Program-made: the position numbers and the translations under genes
Part shown: positions 1-12,566 of the stretch, in pieces
Layout of the letters: every line of letters begins with the position of its first letter
How positions within the stretch are numbered: position 1 is the stretch's first letter
Notes under the pieces: model-generated
The model's input: only the letters and a program-made list of their open reading frames with translations
Databases searched by the model: none
What the model was told of the DNA's origin: nothing
DNA from: Tubiluchus corallicola
Taxonomy: Eukaryota > Animalia > Priapulida
Assembly: GCA_030141605.1 (NCBI GenBank)
Contig: JAQGDQ010000024.1
Coordinates: forward strand, 496,001 to 560,000
Direction: 5' to 3'
DNA: 64,000 nt

Positions 1-82
1 ACCAATCCAGACATGTATCGGGATCTAGCAATGAAATTTGATGCAAACCTGGCCGAACTTGACATGGAAACTTTTCGGACAG
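1..82 (+). CDS. RUSC2: RUN and SH3 domain-containing protein (RUSC1/RUSC2-like), upstream coding exon, truncated by window edge
   Basis: Open frame TNPDMYRDLAMKFDANLAELDMETFRT ends at the donor ACAG|GTATAA (83). Its phase 1 joins in frame to the acceptor TTTTGCAG|AG at 731. Confidence 0.7.
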
Positions 83-730
83 GTATAAATTTAAGTTATT
101 TTAGCAATAAAATTATGGGATGTTAAACATACAATATGAGTAGCTTGGTCGTGATAAAATGAAATATGAATTTATAATGAAATTTACAAAGAAGTGCTTA
201 AAACATTCGACATTAAACTTGCAGTGGAAAATATTTTATTAATTAAAAGATCTTGATTTTTGGAGTTATTTAGGAGCATTGCTGCAGTCGTGTGATTTTG
301 TTTCCTTCTGTGTTACTACTGGTATTGTAAAGAACGTCTAAATATCTAAATAGTGATAAATATTAAAGTCTCTTTTAAAAATGTACCACTAACAAAGCAC
401 ACACATTTGTGTGTGAGTAGTTGCCGTCATTTGATCCTGCTTGAATTATTTTAAGTCTGTGTTTTTTTGGGGGAGGTTAATTTTATTAAAGCACAATTTA
501 ATTGAAAGCTAGTCATTGTGTACCATACTTTGGTCAAGGCTTGATAGGTTAACAATACTTAAAACACAATTTTAGCAGAAGCTTAGCATTAGTAGCACAG
601 AGCAGGCAGACAAAAGCAGAGTGTGATTTCTATGGTGAAATTTTGACAGTACTTATGCAAATGTTATGGTGCCTAGTTAATTTAAAAAGTTTCCATATTA
701 TTGAATTTAAAGCCAACTTTATTTTTGCAG

Positions 731-3700
731 AGGACATTAATGCTGTTCTTCGGCCTGGTTTATACGACAATGGCTTTGAAGACCTACAAGATCTTGGAGG
801 TGGTGAAGATCTATCACCTACTGATTCCAGCTTATACAAATTTGACCTTTGTGCTAGTCTACAATGCTCGGATTCTATTGACATGTCTATCAGCCGCAGT
901 CAGTTACAGTTCTCACCTGTTGCATATGATGACCCACTGCCACCGGTGGCCTGTTCGACCGACTCTCTTGATCGTAGTTCTTTAGGAGAGAGAGTGATGC
1001 AAGCATGCCAAGCCCATAAGAGCAATTACATGCTGGCATTCGCTGACAGCGTGCGAGGATCAGGTAGTGAAGCGGAATTCGCCGGAAACCGTTCTTCTGA
1101 AAATTGGACCACTTGGTTGACTAATGCAAAGGTGTCTTTACCCGGCAGTGAGGGTTCATCGAAAGGATCAAGTATGCAGACGTCAGAGAGCGGTGGATCG
1201 AGGATATCTAGTCTTTGTAAAATTACTGAACCAGAACTCAATTCTGCTGTGTCATCTGGTAACAACAACCATGTGTTACAGTCAGTTTCCGAGTCAGACA
1301 ACTGTGATAAAGCAAAGAGGGAGAAATCTCTCAAACAAAAACTGTTTTCGCTTAACAAAGGTGATCGTTTTATGGTTACAACTTGGAGCCAGGTGAAAAG
1401 TAAATCATCGCCAACCAGCGAGACACCTGCTGTTACAAATGAACAGCTGAAGAGTAGAAGCATGCCCGAGTTGAGCAAAATGCCTTGGGGTAGCCAGCTC
1501 TTAGCCAAAGACCTCATTTCTTCTGTTCATGAAACACTGTCTTCAAACAAAATATCTAGTCATACGTTACCTGTGTACAGTGTAAAAAATAATAGTAGTT
1601 CTTTGGATGGCAAGTCACAGGATTTGCAAAATTTTACATTAGGTAAAATATTCCAAGCAGCTCGGAGTTCTAAGGAGACATCTAACTCTCCTCATTCTCA
1701 AACAGATCATGCTGCAAGTGTAGAAACTCAAGCTAGTGATTTAGCTACCATTGAATTTTTGTCAAAAGCTGCTCTAGAAGATGGCCGCATTCGTAGCCTT
1801 ATCAGAAACCTGTCATGTTCTCAAGAATGTGACAAGATTGGGAAAAAACAATTAGTTGTACAAGATCAACGTTTCAAGAAAACTATTTTTGGCTCGCCAG
1901 GCTTTGAAACTGGGTGCGATTCTATCGAGCCTGGGAGGCTACAGGAAACAATTAACTCTTGTACGATGAAATTAGAAAAGAGTTGGAAAGGACCATCCCA
2001 AAAATATAACTCTAATCATTTTGATAAAGTTCGTAAACTAAGCTTGGCAGAAGAATGCGAAGCAAATCCAGACCAACCTTGTCTGTGTCGAGAAACAACT
2101 GGTGAACCTTGTTATGGAGCAACTGGTGGTGATTATGCATTTAATGTTACTGCACAGAATCACGAAAGGGACGTTTCATCTGCATCTAACTTGCATGGGC
2201 GCAAAGCTTTGAAAGAGCCAGTAAATAAAAATTTGTTTAGTACCAACTATGGTTGTTGTGTGTCTTATCCATGTGACCAAAGGAATGTCATTGGTACCTT
2301 ATACAATAACCCTGATATACCTTCAAGGGTTTATAACACCTTTCCTCGGAGAAAGGAATTACAAACAACTAATCGAAATTGCCACAGAACGTTTCTTAAT
2401 TTAGCAGCTGCTATACCAGCAAACAAGAATAACTTCATCGTAAATAATACAGTGAATGATGATGTTTTTGGTGGTACTGACGATGATAGAAGTTGTGTTG
2501 ACAGTATCAGTGGCAGTGACATGGTATCCCAAGACAACATAGATTCAAACTGCAGTGACATAGATGACCTGTCTAGTGAAGGTCAAGACTGTCACAACAA
2601 TGATCACAGTGAATCTTCAGATAGTGGATCATCAAGAGGCAGCTCTCACACTAACTACGAATTTCTTCACAACTTTTTTGTCGAAAAGTCAAGTGAAAGT
2701 GCTAAAAAGGTTAACAGTAATGATCGCACTTCTCACAACGGTCAGGAGTCAAAGCGTCACAGTGTAAGTGTAACTTGTAGCATAGAGGAAGACAGCATAG
2801 CCGCAGATGTACGGCAGAGATATAAGCTCAGTACGGATTCCAGTAGTAATTCTCGACAAACAAATGATCTTGGCGTGCAGGATAATTCTTTAAGTAACAT
2901 ACCTGAAATTGACCGTTTTGGCAATACTCCAAGTCCGGTGAAAAATGGTTTCAGGAAAATAACAATACGTGGAATTCAAACCGATATGAAAACTACCTGC
3001 TATAATAGTATTACAACCAGTGTTAAAAACTGTAGCACTCAGTATCCACCATCACTAATTGATCGTGCTTTACAGACTTCCTTGGATGGTATATGGTCTT
3101 TCAGAAAACGGTATGAATTGGCAGATGGCAGCACGCAGGTGCCAATGGATGTCATGGCCACATCGCTTAAGCTAGAATTGCGTGAGATTCAGCCTGGATG
3201 TTTTTATAGTAATCGTTCATTACCCGATTTAACCTTTTTAAGAAATCTTTCGGGTAGTACTGTAACCTGTCTAGCAGCAAGTACTTCTTCCCCTATTATG
3301 TCATTGGAGACTCCTACTAAAACTTTTGCAAAAACTTCTAATACCCAGGATAGCAAATCTTCCCAAATTAGTAGTAATGCCACTGCTGATGTCCATGTTA
3401 TTGCTAGCAAGCATGATGTAGCAAACCACTCACAAAGTTCATCTAAGAGTGAAAACTGTGTTCGAGAAAAGACAGAGACAGTTTCAGGACAGCCGTCAAA
3501 AGTACATTCCATGAGTGCTGTAGGCAGCCCAACAGAACAGGAAATTGTATACAGGAAGTTAAAAAAGCAATCTGGAGAAGACTTGGATGTAAAAGTTAAC
3601 ATTTTGCCAGAAAAAAGCACATCTCCAGAAAGCTCTGTCTACCGTCGCCTGACTGAGCCATGTAAAACATCAAGATCAACAAGACCGACTTCATATCCAG

Positions 3701-5110
3701 GAGCTTTGTTGCCAGGCATGGTTCCGTTATGGTCGCCAATGCCCATCACATACTCGCTTCCATATTATTACACAGAAAATTTCATTCCTAATCATCCAGA
3801 TTGGAATAGTATTAATCTGCCAGTGCATCATCACCCATCCGTCTGTAGAACATCGTCAAACAATAGCAACTCTTCGAGTCACCAAGCTTTACCTGCGCCA
3901 AAACAATCTGAAGCTACCTCTGCTAATAATGGTGCAGTTGACAGAAATAGATCTGATTCAACTGCCAATGACAATCGTGGTCACAGTGGAACTGAAATGG
4001 CTGTAGATGTAAATGCAGTTATTCGTGTTAATACGCACGTGCGAGTAGAGAGCAATCCGTTGGTTGAATGTAAAAGTGTATCCAATACTGGTGTAGAAGA
4101 AAATGAGGAAAACTTGACAACAGAAATTTTCTCTGGAAAGGGATCTCGTCACCAGTGGATAGCAGATAATTCACCAAAGGGCATTCTGAGAAAACCTTGT
4201 AGTTTACATCGTCGTCCACGAAGCTGTGAAATCACATCAGAATATGGGCAACCTTACAGTTTGAGACGCCGGTCGCTGCAAGAGCCGTCTGTTGGTTTTC
4301 CAAAATTGGCTGATCTTCGCCGGCGATCGTTGAGCAACCCTATTATTGAATGTCAAGATTCAGAAAGCTCAATAACTTCTGGCAATTGTGCTGGAAAAGT
4401 TGATTACACTAAACCTATGCAATGCCAGGATCATGTGAATGCACCAGATGACAAGAAAGTGTCTGACAATATACCTGGCAGTGGTTGTGATGTTTCCTCT
4501 GTTGCCAGGGTTACTTCCAGAGAGCTTACTCCTTGTCACTTTTTCTTAGAATCTGATGCAACCAGTTCTAGTGGTAATACTCCTGTAACTCCTTCTACAC
4601 AGATAACAAGCAATCTAGCTGCAGACAAAACAAATTTTGCAGGTGATAAAAATTTGTCCTTTGATTCTGATGCCATGAAAGATAGGAAAAATCACGATTG
4701 CTGTCGCTCCTGGCCTGAATTTCCAGGCTATGTGGTTCATCCTTTTTACCCTTGGTGTGTGGTTCCAGTCAGCCCTTCATGTCCCGTTCCACTTCAGGTG
4801 CAACTTCCACCTGCCCATTCTGTGAATGGAAATCCTTCAATAAGTGAACAGACAAAGAACTGGAATAATTATGTTGCATCCTGGGCTGCAGAAACAAACC
4901 GTAATGGTTGTAACGGATCTTGCACCTGCACTACTGAACCAGAACCCAAAGTGAAGAAGTCTGTAAGTTTCAATGATAAGATTAGTATACAGCATGTTGA
5001 AAATATGTCACCAGAAAAGACAACTAGTGGGAATGAAACACCTAAAGAATCTCCAGAAACAGACAAGCGAGCTCCACTTGCTAGTACTTTACCTGTTCGA
5101 CCTGTCAAGG
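731..5110 (+). CDS. RUSC2: RUSC-like protein, giant 4380-bp exon encoding a Ser-rich low-complexity region
   Basis: Lies inside the 1527-aa ORF 643-5226. Acceptor TTTTTGCAG at 730, donor AAGG|GTGAGT at 5111, phase 1-1, in frame with the downstream RUN exons. Confidence 0.85.
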
Positions 5111-5372
5111 GTGAGTTTAACGGAGTTATTTTCAGAATTTCAGTAAAAAATTGCTATAATTTGCAAGTGCCATTCAAAAACTTTTTTCTGAGTCTTAGTG
5201 TCATATACATTAGCTTTATCTGTTAACAATTATTATAGGCTATTAAGGACTAGTCCTTGTGTAGAATAAGTGACGGTTATGCGGAAGAGAGCAATAAAAA
5301 AGACATGGTAACTATTAGAAAAAGACTTTATAATCCAAGTTTATGTCTTTCTAGAGAACTATAGTATTTCTT

Positions 5373-5507
5373 CCAAAACCTCACAAAAATGTCATGCAAG
5401 CTATTTTTGTACATTGACCAAAACCTCACACAATTGTCATGCATGCTATTTTTGTACATTGACCAAAACCTCACAAAAATGTCATGCAAGCTATTTTTGT
5501 ACATTGA
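5373..5507. repeat. minisatellite, 3 x 45 bp
   Basis: Unit CCAAAACCTCACAAAAATGTCATGCAAGCTATTTTTGTACATTGA occurs three times; the middle copy has a few substitutions. Confidence 0.95.
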
Positions 5508-6894
5508 GTTAAAGGCTTTTTGAGCTTTCAAAACGGATTTACTAGTTCAATCCCGGCGTGTTCCTATTCTTTCACACAATGCAACACGAGTTTCGAAAAC
5601 TTCAGCTGAAAAAATCTTTGAGTCTGCCGAAAAAGCAAATGCTTTTTCCAGATGGCCATAATAGGGCCAATGAAATGACACTAGTTTTGTGGCATTTAAA
5701 TTGATATACAAATCTTCAAAAATGGGTTATAATTGTACTCTAATTGCAGAAATTATACGTATCCTTGTCCATAAAGCAATATGTCAATTAATTTTTTATG
5801 TAGCCTAGTAAATAAGAAAAGTAAGAATATATATAAAAATGAGAAATTTTTTTAGCACTTTCTGTTTATGAATTGGCGGCTCCAAGTTACTTTACTGAAT
5901 ATTTCAGTTATTTGTTGTCATCGGCTAATTATTTTCATTTGCTATTCAACGATTAACATCTATATTTCGTCATTGATATGTTGTATAAATTTTCTGTTTT
6001 TGTCAGTGATTGAATAGAAGAAAGCATTATAAACCTGCACATTGCCAAGATTTTATCTGCCTAAATCATTAGGTGGGATTGGTCTACTCTAATTGGTCTA
6101 ACATTAACAATTCACATTTTTGAAATAAAGTGTGTAAGCACTAAGAGCTCAAATGGCCATATCGCCATTTGTCTTTGCTCTTGGCTGTAAAACTCATCTA
6201 TAAATATCTAGGCTATAAATTTGGAATGATTTCCCATCGGTGCACATGTGAAGAAATAAGGGCGGGTCATGTAATATTGATCCACCATTACAGAATTGCC
6301 ATATGTGATGCTTCTGCTCTGACTAGAATTGCTAAATTGTTGCTGTTGATTCATTACATTATTGCTATTGCTTGGTTATCCCAATGTCCCTAAACGCACA
6401 TTAATCCAGAGCATTCTTGCAATGCACTGTATGAATTCTGGACTAAAGTCATTTTGGTTAAAATATAAAAATTTAATTCTGTTAGAAGCTAAAATTTTTT
6501 GAAGCAGTTAATGAAAATGGGTTTGCATTTTTTGCAGTGTGTGTTAATTGTATTACTTGTTGTGCAAAATTTTGTAATTATTTCTTGCGCACTTCCTTGC
6601 TTGTATTCAAACTGAATAAAATTTTATTGCAATATGAATACAACACAAAATGTTATGCTGAATGTAGTTGGAATTCTTGCCTGGTTATACTAACCTCTTG
6701 CTTCGGCTTTAATGTTTTTTTTTTGTTATTTCCATAGTTATAATCACATTTACTTTCTTAGCAGTAATTCTCTTATTTGTAACGAAACATGCACATGCAC
6801 ATCAAGATATCCCTTGAATACAAGGAAAATATGATCATTAAATTTAACATTTTGACATTCAAAATGCTGTTTATCTTTTTCTTGTTAATTCTAG

Positions 6895-7065
6895 GTGCAA
6901 AGCCTTTATTGCAGCCTCCTATTCGGGAGGAGTCTCCTAGTCCATCCACTGATCATGCTGCCACATTTGCTGCTGGCTGTCCAGATGGTCAAATTTATGA
7001 AAGGGAAAGCTCACCAGAACAAGCTAATGAAGTGCTGAAAATGTCTTTTACTCAACAGCCGCATG
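6895..7065 (+). CDS. RUSC2: RUSC-like protein, internal exon (GAKPLLQPPIREESPSP...QQPH)
   Basis: Acceptor TTAATTCTAG|GT, donor CATG|GTGAGA, 171 bp, phase 1-1. Confidence 0.75.
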
Positions 7066-8221
7066 GTGAGAAATATTTCCCATCTTGCATGCATAAAATC
7101 TGAATTTTTTTAATGTGGCACCTGTCTAGTTTTTAAAAGTGGATCAATCAGTCACAAGTAACAGTCTACCGAAATAATAAGTAACAGTATATATGAAAAT
7201 ACATTGTGACTGAGTAGACATGAAATATTTCCATTGTTTTTTGTTTTTATTGTATTGGTCCTTTGTTCAGGTTTATGTAATTTAACATTTAATTGACTCT
7301 TGTAGACATAGTTTCTAAGACTATCAAATTGCAAGTAAGCGTGCCTGCTGTATGTTGTAAATGACGCATGCCATAGCCATTCATTCACTTTTATATTTCT
7401 TATTTATAAGCCATATTCCAATAAGTTACACTTTATGGCTTTATAGGGGCTGTAAGCATTGCATTTGCATATAAGTGACCTAATTTTTGCATTTTCGATA
7501 AAATATCAATTGCGAGGGAGGATCCATGTTTTAACAATTTGAAATAAAAGTGTTGTTTTATAATACTAGAAGCTTTGAGTATTGTGCAAGAAAAATGGTT
7601 CATGTCATTCCATTCATGATTTTTATAAGCTAAAGCGTTGACATTTAAGTAGGACCAAGAACTGTACAATTTACAGAAAATTATTGTACAAGTAATAGAT
7701 TTGCTTGAGAAGTAGTTCAGAACAAACAGTACAGTAGAATGTACAAAGACCAAGTCATGTGGTAAAACAAAGGAGATATATATATGGAGATATATTAATA
7801 TTGTTTTTATGACATTAAGATGTTGTAATATAAAAAGCCCAGGTCTGTTTTGTGAAGTTGAAAAGCATCTAACCATCTGTAAGTTAACTGCGCGCATTTC
7901 CAACAGTTATTGCAATATTATCTCTTACTAAATGTTTTAATGTTCAGCTGCATTTTATAATGATTTAACTAGAATATTTCAGCATATGCACTGTTTCTTC
8001 TGGAACACTCTGTACAAACAAGGCATCATTTTATTTGTAAAGGGATTTTAACTATAAAGTCGTTTATTTCAGTAGATCCCGTGCATAATATCAGAATTAA
8101 TGATTACAGTTGAACATGTGGCTTTGTGAAACATTTATCCTTGGCATTATTTAACCTGCCACTGAATGAAAATGTAATTGTGTATAAAGAAAGACTTAGT
8201 TGCATGACGAAGCCTCTTTGT

Positions 8222-8595
8222 TAGGAGTGAGCATTAAACATTCGAATTCAATTTGAATGAGTTCAAATTCTATTAAAGCCTAAAATTAAATATCCATATA
8301 ATTCAGCACTTCAACTACTTACGTGTTTTCTTTATCATTAAAATGTTTTAAACATCTTGCAATCAACATAGTTTAGCTGTGATTTATGTGCACAATTTTT
8401 AAGCTACTTATTAGTGTTTTTATTGCAGAGCAGAATCAAGTAATATGTATGATCTTCATGAGACCGCTTTTTATTAGTGATTTGAAAAAACCTTTAAAAC
8501 TGAATTCGAATTCGATTGGAATTTGAAGATGGTGAGAATTTGGCTTGATCAGAGTTTGAAAATCACAAGTTCGATTCGATTTGAATTCGCTTTCT
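8222..8595 (+). mobile_element. dispersed repeat copy A, non-autonomous DNA transposon (hAT-like MITE)
   Basis: Colinear similarity with 17078-17422 (TAGGRGTGAGCAT, AATTCAGCACT, TTCTTTATCATTAAAA, AATCAAGTAATATG, GAGACCGCTTTTTATTA). Subterminal TTCGAA-rich repeats at both ends. Confidence 0.75.
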
Positions 8596-8752
8596 AGTAG
8601 AGAATACTCAGTTAGATTGATTGGCAGTGAAATCACTTTAGTCTGTATGTTAAAAATGCATTAAAATGGTTTTTCATTGACTTCTCCCAATTGTTGCCGT
8701 TAAGTGCTGTTTAGAAGAATTTGTCAGTCTGTAATACTCACCTTTGTTTCAG

Positions 8753-8829
8753 ATGTGTGCGTGACCGTAACCATGGCTGTGGATGTTTTGATAACTCACT
8801 TTAATCAGGCTGCAGATCCCTATGAGAAG
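8753..8829 (+). CDS. RUSC2: RUSC-like protein, start of RUN domain (DVCVTVTMAVDVLITHFNQAADPYEK)
   Basis: Acceptor TTTGTTTCAG, donor AAG|GTTTGT. The peptide resembles the remembered RUSC2 stretch [22 protein letters not shown]. Not in the ORF track. Confidence 0.85.
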
Positions 8830-10078
8830 GTTTGTCAATAGTTAATGCATCGTAGCATCTGATTTGAACATTGACATAACTGACATAAGCTGGATTAATT
8901 TTTAAAGCAAAACTGGACCCAATCTTAAACTGTAGGTTAAAACAATTTACTCTTTAAAATATTGAAAGGAAACATACTATTTTTTCAAAAATGACTTAAG
9001 TGAAAGAACTGTTACCACACAAACACAATTTCGTGTTCGCGCCACTAGTTCTTTGCTGTTACATAGATTTCAACATTCGCTAGTAAGATGGGCACAGGTG
9101 CCTGCATTTCGGAAATGCATTATACAAAAACAGGTACTGTACGTCTCAGTTCAGATGTGTTAGTTTCTGACGAACTGCACACTTTCGACTGCTCATGCAG
9201 GTGCACAGCGGTAAATTCGAAATTTGAATTTTTATCTTAAAACATGCCTAGTTTTAGTACAACACACTGAATATCTTGCACTTCAATTTTCCCTATCGCA
9301 AATGCGTGCAACATGCTCGTAGAATGTTTTTGCTGTTGAAAATTAAGTTAGTTTGTGATATCATCAATAGTTGGGCTCGCCTACCGTTAATTAAGTTTTA
9401 ATCCATTATTTAATTATCAGAAACGCTTTTGCAGCATTAATAGTGTTAAAATGTATACTTTTTATCGGACTTGAAAATGGGTCAGTATATAAAAAATACC
9501 TGAACTTCACGTAGTGCCATAATTTTTGGATAATAAAAAGTTAAATGTTAAACTACTTTGGTATTGTTTAAAGAAAACAAAAACATGATATATTTACGTG
9601 AGCGTATTTTGTTAATTTAAGGAAGAACAGTAATAGGATGTGTGCAACCAAAATAGTTAAGAAATAACATCATAATTCATAACAGTGACCGTTAATTAAT
9701 AGCAACATCGCAATACGATAAAATTGCATGTTTCAGCAGCATACGATGCCACTTCAGTAGAAAACTGACACCTGGATATAAATAAAGCAATTAGTAATAA
9801 ATGCTTAATATATTCCTGGTAAAATTACAAACAATTTGTGGTTAACTAACACAACATTTAAACTGTAGAGCTAAATTATAATTAACTAGAGATTGTAAAA
9901 AAATGTAGCACACCATTAGGCTATCAGCAGACAACGTCAGTTAAAGAAACACACTGAATTCTAACACACTGCTTAAACGAGAACCGAAGTGGGAGGCTAA
10001 TCTTAAAAAGTGTTTAATTGCTTATTGTTTTATTTGTATTTAAGACTTAGTTTTCTGTTGAGGATGATGCCAATGGCT

Positions 10079-10585
10079 CAGAGCTGGCTCTACCATTAGG
10101 CAAAGTAGGTAGTTGTCTAGGGTGCCAAAGTCTGGAAGAATTTCTTTAATTATGAAGCATAGCCTAAGTAATAACATAGTGTATTTGTAATTCTTTAAGT
10201 GCACATATTTAATTAAATGAAATGAACTACTTGTGTTATTTTCCTGTCAAAACATATGACTGTTCAATACTAACAAGTGTCTTTCCTCTACTGTTGATTT
10301 CTCTGGTTTCCTAAGATGTCATTTCATGCATGCAGACACTCAGGACGTGCAATAATATCATAAATTCAATTGCAAATTTAATCAACACAAGCTGTAGATA
10401 GGTAGTTGACTACACCTAATTAGTATATTATATACATATATAGTTTAAGCCTAACACAAGGTACCATTGTATTTTATTATACTATTATGTAAGTGGTGTG
10501 GACAATGGGAGAATTGGTTTACCGTGGAGGAGGGGGTACAAAAATACCTTTGCCTAGGGCGTCAAACTACCTAGAGCCGGCCCTG
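10079..10585. mobile_element. hAT-like MITE in a RUSC intron
   Basis: Terminal inverted repeats CAGAGCTGGCTCTAC and CTAGAGCCGGCCCTG. Flanking 8-mers CAATGGCT and CAGTAGCT (6/8) fit an old 8-bp target site duplication. Confidence 0.7.
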
Positions 10586-10867
10586 CAGTAGCTGCCGAAA
10601 CATACAGTTTTATTGTTTTTCAAGATTGCAACCATCAAAAAAACAAAGATGTTGCGATAGGTGGTCATTCTGGTGATTTTATTTCTTTTTAAATTAATAT
10701 TATCGAGCGATAGATTTAATTTCAAGAAAATAATGTTTTTTTATGTGTCCTACAAAAAATAATTTCTGATTTGTGTCATTTCTGCTGCACCTTCAGTCAT
10801 ATAGTTATGCTAGAGTGTATTTTTGTCTTCGAATTGATTAATTAATTTGCAGCATTTTTGTTTTCAG

Positions 10868-11039
10868 GTCAAACTGGGAAGTAGTAATATTACACCTAAT
10901 ATTAACGAGTTGATTATGCAACGTCTGGTACCTGCCATATATGGGATCATGTCCCATGGTCTGAGAGCAACTCTTCCCGGTTTTTTTACTCCAATCAAAA
11001 ACTCTACATGGAAGGTTGTGGAAGCTTCAGCACAAATTG
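10868..11039 (+). CDS. RUSC2: RUSC-like protein, RUN domain exon (VKLGSSNITPNINELIMQRLVPAIYGIMSHGL...WKVVEASAQI)
   Basis: Acceptor TTTTCAG, donor ATTG|GTATGT. Matches the RUSC pattern KLGNSSVSPNV...LCPAV...DGL...PWSVVEASTQLG. Confidence 0.9.
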
Positions 11040-11831
11040 GTATGTACTTCAAAATAAGCAGTTTCTTTTAAGTATTGATACATTGATAAATATTGGTATT
11101 TATATGCCACCTAATTTTGCTGTCCTCAATAATTTTTTACTCCATCCTTCTAAAAAGGGGAGGCACATACAACTTTCATGTTGAAAAGTGGAAAATCTTT
11201 CACAATAATAAATCCAATTATTAACGAAGTTCAAGTGACACCTTCATGTTAGGTATAACGTATTTTTGGTACGACAATTATAATGAGAATTTCTGCATCA
11301 CATCGAAATTCTTGTATTTGACTTATTACTGTTTATTCATACTTAAGCCTGTTATTGTACTTATATTCTAGAAGATTACTTGATCTGTTAGATTAAAAGA
11401 AATAACCAAAAGCTCTGTGGTCTTTTATTACTGTGCCTGAGTAAACCCACTCAAAAGAAAGAATTAATTGCTAGTATGGATGGGGAAAAATGAATAGTCA
11501 GAGTGTGTGCTCAGTGACTGTAGCTGATGAATACCAAACAAACGCTAGCAAATAGATGGGTGACGGATAAGATGCATGAAAACTGATACTGGGTGGTTCG
11601 TCTGCCAAACTGTCTCCAGCTAGTTACTTAAATCTTATTGAGACAAGATGTATTTGCATCCATGCTTGGTTAATGGACCTCTGCCAGTACCATGTCTCAT
11701 CTGTAAGAATATCTTTGATAAATGGCAACTTGGCAAGGCACTTCCTCTGCTACATTCACTGAAGTTGAATGTTGAGTAGAGTATATCCGTCTGCAGTGCC
11801 AAAATACATAAAAGTTTCTTTTTCTTTTCAG

Positions 11832-11934
11832 GGCCATCAACAAGAATATATCATGAGCTGGTTGTGCAAATCAATGACACAGAAACAAAGAGCAATGACA
11901 GCAAATTCAGTGCTTTCGTCTTAGGACTGCTAAA
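11832..11934 (+). CDS. RUSC2: RUSC-like protein, RUN domain exon (GPSTRIYHELVVQINDTETKSNDSKFSAFVLGLL)
   Basis: Acceptor TTCTTTTCAG, donor CTAAA|GTATGT. Matches RUSC GPSTKVLH...RFNAFILGLLN. Not in the ORF track. Confidence 0.9.
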
Positions 11935-12566
11935 GTATGTATTAAACTAACCTTCATTAGTTAAATTAATTTGTTTTAATTCTGTTTTTCGATTGCGATT
12001 GAATTTGTCTGGTACATCTGGCATTAGTTATACTTTACCGAGTTTAGCTGATGTTCTTATTATTATCAGTTTTTTCTGAACCAGAAATTTGATTTCATTT
12101 TTATTTCTGGTTTGCATCTTCATGTTAAACTTTGAAATAGTCACTTGCAAAATCAGTGGGCTCTTTATGTTATATTCATGCTTTTGCAGTCATGTTGATT
12201 TTAACAAGTATTCACTATTTTCACACAAGAAGGTAAACAGTGCACCCGTGAGTCTCAAACTTTGTTTTTGTAGAATAAGTCACCCTAACAGGCCTTATCA
12301 GCTGAGAAGATTTAAGTTTATTCCTAGTACATAATAATATATATTAATACATGCTGTTAATTGCACTTCTCCACCTTCAGCTATATTCTTGCTTTTCACA
12401 ATTGTATTTTTAACTTTTTATTTACAGTTGTTAAGACCTGTTCAGGGTAAAAGCTTTTTCACAAATAAAGTCAGTGTAACGTTTGTGGGTGAATTGTTTA
12501 CCTTGAGTGTTATAGGCAAGTCTCGGGAGAATACTATCTTGCTTCACATTTACTGTTTTCTTTCAG

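Noticed and set aside
643-730. N-terminal part of the 1527-aa ORF as a real start
   Set aside because: It starts at TTG within T-rich intron sequence. A proper acceptor at 730 and a phase-matched upstream exon explain the ORF better.
11522-11590. Intronic C/D box snoRNA (TGATGA...CTGA)
   Set aside because: No terminal stem and no recognisable rRNA-complementary guide; such boxes occur by chance.
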